This document shows, one piece after another, positions 23,071-24,000 of a DNA stretch of 24,000 nt. The notes under the pieces were generated by a model that did no database searches, was not told where the DNA came from, and saw only the letters and a program-made list of their open reading frames with translations. The translations under genes were made by a program, and so were the position numbers. The stretch's first letter is position 1, and every line of letters starts with the position of its first letter. The stretch comes from Nocardia miyunensis NBRC 108239 (GTDB lineage: Bacteria; Actinomycetota; Actinomycetes; Mycobacteriales; Mycobacteriaceae), in NCBI RefSeq assembly GCF_001613065.1, contig NZ_BDBQ01000051.1, positions 104,429 to 128,428 on the forward strand. Reading direction: 5' to 3'.

Positions 23071-24000
23071 GTGCCGAATTCGATCTTGTGGGTCGGCCTG
23101 GTGGTCCTCTGGGTCTTCGTGTTGTTCCCGATGCTCGCCGCGCGGTATCCACGCATTCGGCGAACCACCGATACCGCCCTGGCCACCCGGGTACTCCATC
23201 GGGGTGGCACCAGACGACGCGCCAAGTCGGGGCCTGCCTCCGGGCACGACTCGGATCCGGACTGGGTACCCACACGAGTGCAGAGAAGGCTTTTACACGG
23301 CGATGATGCGGAGGATCGGATGACGACTTCGGCCGATGGGCCCGTCACCGAGCACGACGACAGCAGCGGTACCGGCGCGGGCGTCGACGTCGGTGAGGTC
23401 ATCGAGGCCGAGGTCGACGAGTCGGGCGAGGCCGAATTCGGCGGTATGGACGAAGTGGACAGCCAGCGCGAGAATACCGAGGTCGCGGACGCCGGGCCGG
23501 ATGTGAGGGATGATTCCGTGCTGGTCGGCGAAGAACCCGCCCCGATGAACGCGCGAATTCCCCCGGCGCGCACGGCATCCGGGACGCAGCGGGCGACGGA
23601 TCTGCCCGAGGCCGAGGAGGTCGAATCGGCGGCTGCCGGGCCGGATCTCGCCGATGCCGAATCCGATTCCGCGTCAGGACGTTTCGTGCCAAACCGCCGG
23701 GGCCGCGGGGGCTACGATCCCGAAGCCGATGCGGTGGCCCGTGCGGCCCGCTATCGGTTCCGGCAGCGCATGACGCTCGCATTGGCGTTGAGCGCCATGC
23801 TGTTCGGCGCTTTCGCGCTGGTGGCCTCGCCGCTGCTGTGGTGGGGGTGTGCTCTGGCCGTGCTGGTGCTCGCGGGTTACCTGTTCTACCTGCGTCGCCA
23901 GGTGCGTTTCGAGGAGGAGATCCGCCGTCGCCGGTCGTCCCGGCTCGCGCGTGGCGCGCAGCCCGCGGCGGCCCGTGACTCCGCCCGTCCCGCCGCGCCC
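23071..24000 (+). CDS. Membrane protein, Rv0996/GlpR/SepX-like (3' end outside the window); absent from the ORF track
   Basis: I translated frame 1 from GTG 23071, which is preceded by GGAGG at 10-nt spacing. There are 310 codons with no stop up to position 24000. VPNSILWVGLVVLWVFVLFPMLAARYPRIRR is an N-terminal TM helix. An acidic disordered linker follows, then two further TM helices (MTLALALSAMLFGAFALVASPLLWWGCALAVLVLAGYLFYL), then RRQVRFEEEIRRRR. It sits downstream of moeA-rimJ. Confidence 0.6.
   Translation, partial: MPNSILWVGLVVLWVFVLFPMLAARYPRIRRTTDTALATRVLHRGGTRRRAKSGPASGHDSDPDWVPTRVQRRLLHGDDAEDRMTTSADGPVTEHDDSSGTGAGVDVGEVIEAEVDESGEAEFGGMDEVDSQRENTEVADAGPDVRDDSVLVGEEPAPMNARIPPARTASGTQRATDLPEAEEVESAAAGPDLADAESDSASGRFVPNRRGRGGYDPEADAVARAARYRFRQRMTLALALSAMLFGAFALVASPLLWWGCALAVLVLAGYLFYLRRQVRFEEEIRRRRSSRLARGAQPAAARDSARPAAP

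Noticed and set aside
22889-23323. 144-aa plus-strand ORF, the 352-aa ORF 22248..23306, and minus-strand ORFs across 22816..23782.
   Set aside because: They are Cys/Arg/Ser-rich junk sequences. They overlap the much more protein-like frame-1 ORF from 23071 (TM helices, acidic linker), which the track omitted because it has no stop inside the window.
1-24000. CRISPR arrays, tRNA/rRNA genes, transposase or integrase genes, toxin-antitoxin pairs, and phage or defence-island content.
   Set aside because: I found no regularly spaced direct repeats, no cloverleaf-like segments, and no recombinase or nuclease signatures in any frame. The only tandem repeat (7186-7293) is in-frame coding sequence. 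The window reads as conserved core chromosome plus signalling and envelope accessory genes.

Overview
High-GC actinobacterial chromosome segment (AT-poor except for a few intergenic islands), most likely from a Nocardia/Rhodococcus-type member of the Mycobacteriales. From memory, the backbone gene order parallels M. tuberculosis Rv0979A-Rv0996: rpmF, mprA, mprB, pepD, moaB2, mscL, an Rv0991c-like Ser-rich zinc ribbon, 5-formyl-THF cyclo-ligase, galU, moeA1, rimJ and an Rv0996-like membrane protein. Three other blocks sit on or beside this backbone. (1) A divergent cluster of Cys-less alternative ribosomal proteins, controlled by two Zur-type boxes: rpmB-rpmG-rpsN-(rpsR) on the minus strand, and a COG0523-like protein-rpmE-rpmF on the plus strand. 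(2) A conservon (cvnA-B-C-D: sensor kinase-like protein, Roadblock, DUF742, Ras-like GTPase) followed in the same operon by an unusual 7-TM protein with degenerate MHYT-like repeats. (3) Two tandem MspA-family porin genes behind an AT-rich, structured leader that carries a perfect CRP-type palindrome. Other sequence-level signals: TCTCAG-N5-TCTCAG (MprA-box-like) repeats directly upstream of mprA and of pepD, two perfect DnaA boxes upstream of a SAF-domain gene, and several GC-rich hairpins between convergent genes. Three real-looking coding regions are missing from the ORF track: rpmF (57 aa), the 5' end of rpsR at the left edge, and a 310-codon open-ended membrane-protein ORF at the right edge. 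I saw no rRNA, tRNA, CRISPR array, transposase, integrase or phage genes. All family assignments rest on my reading of the translated motifs; no database search was possible.
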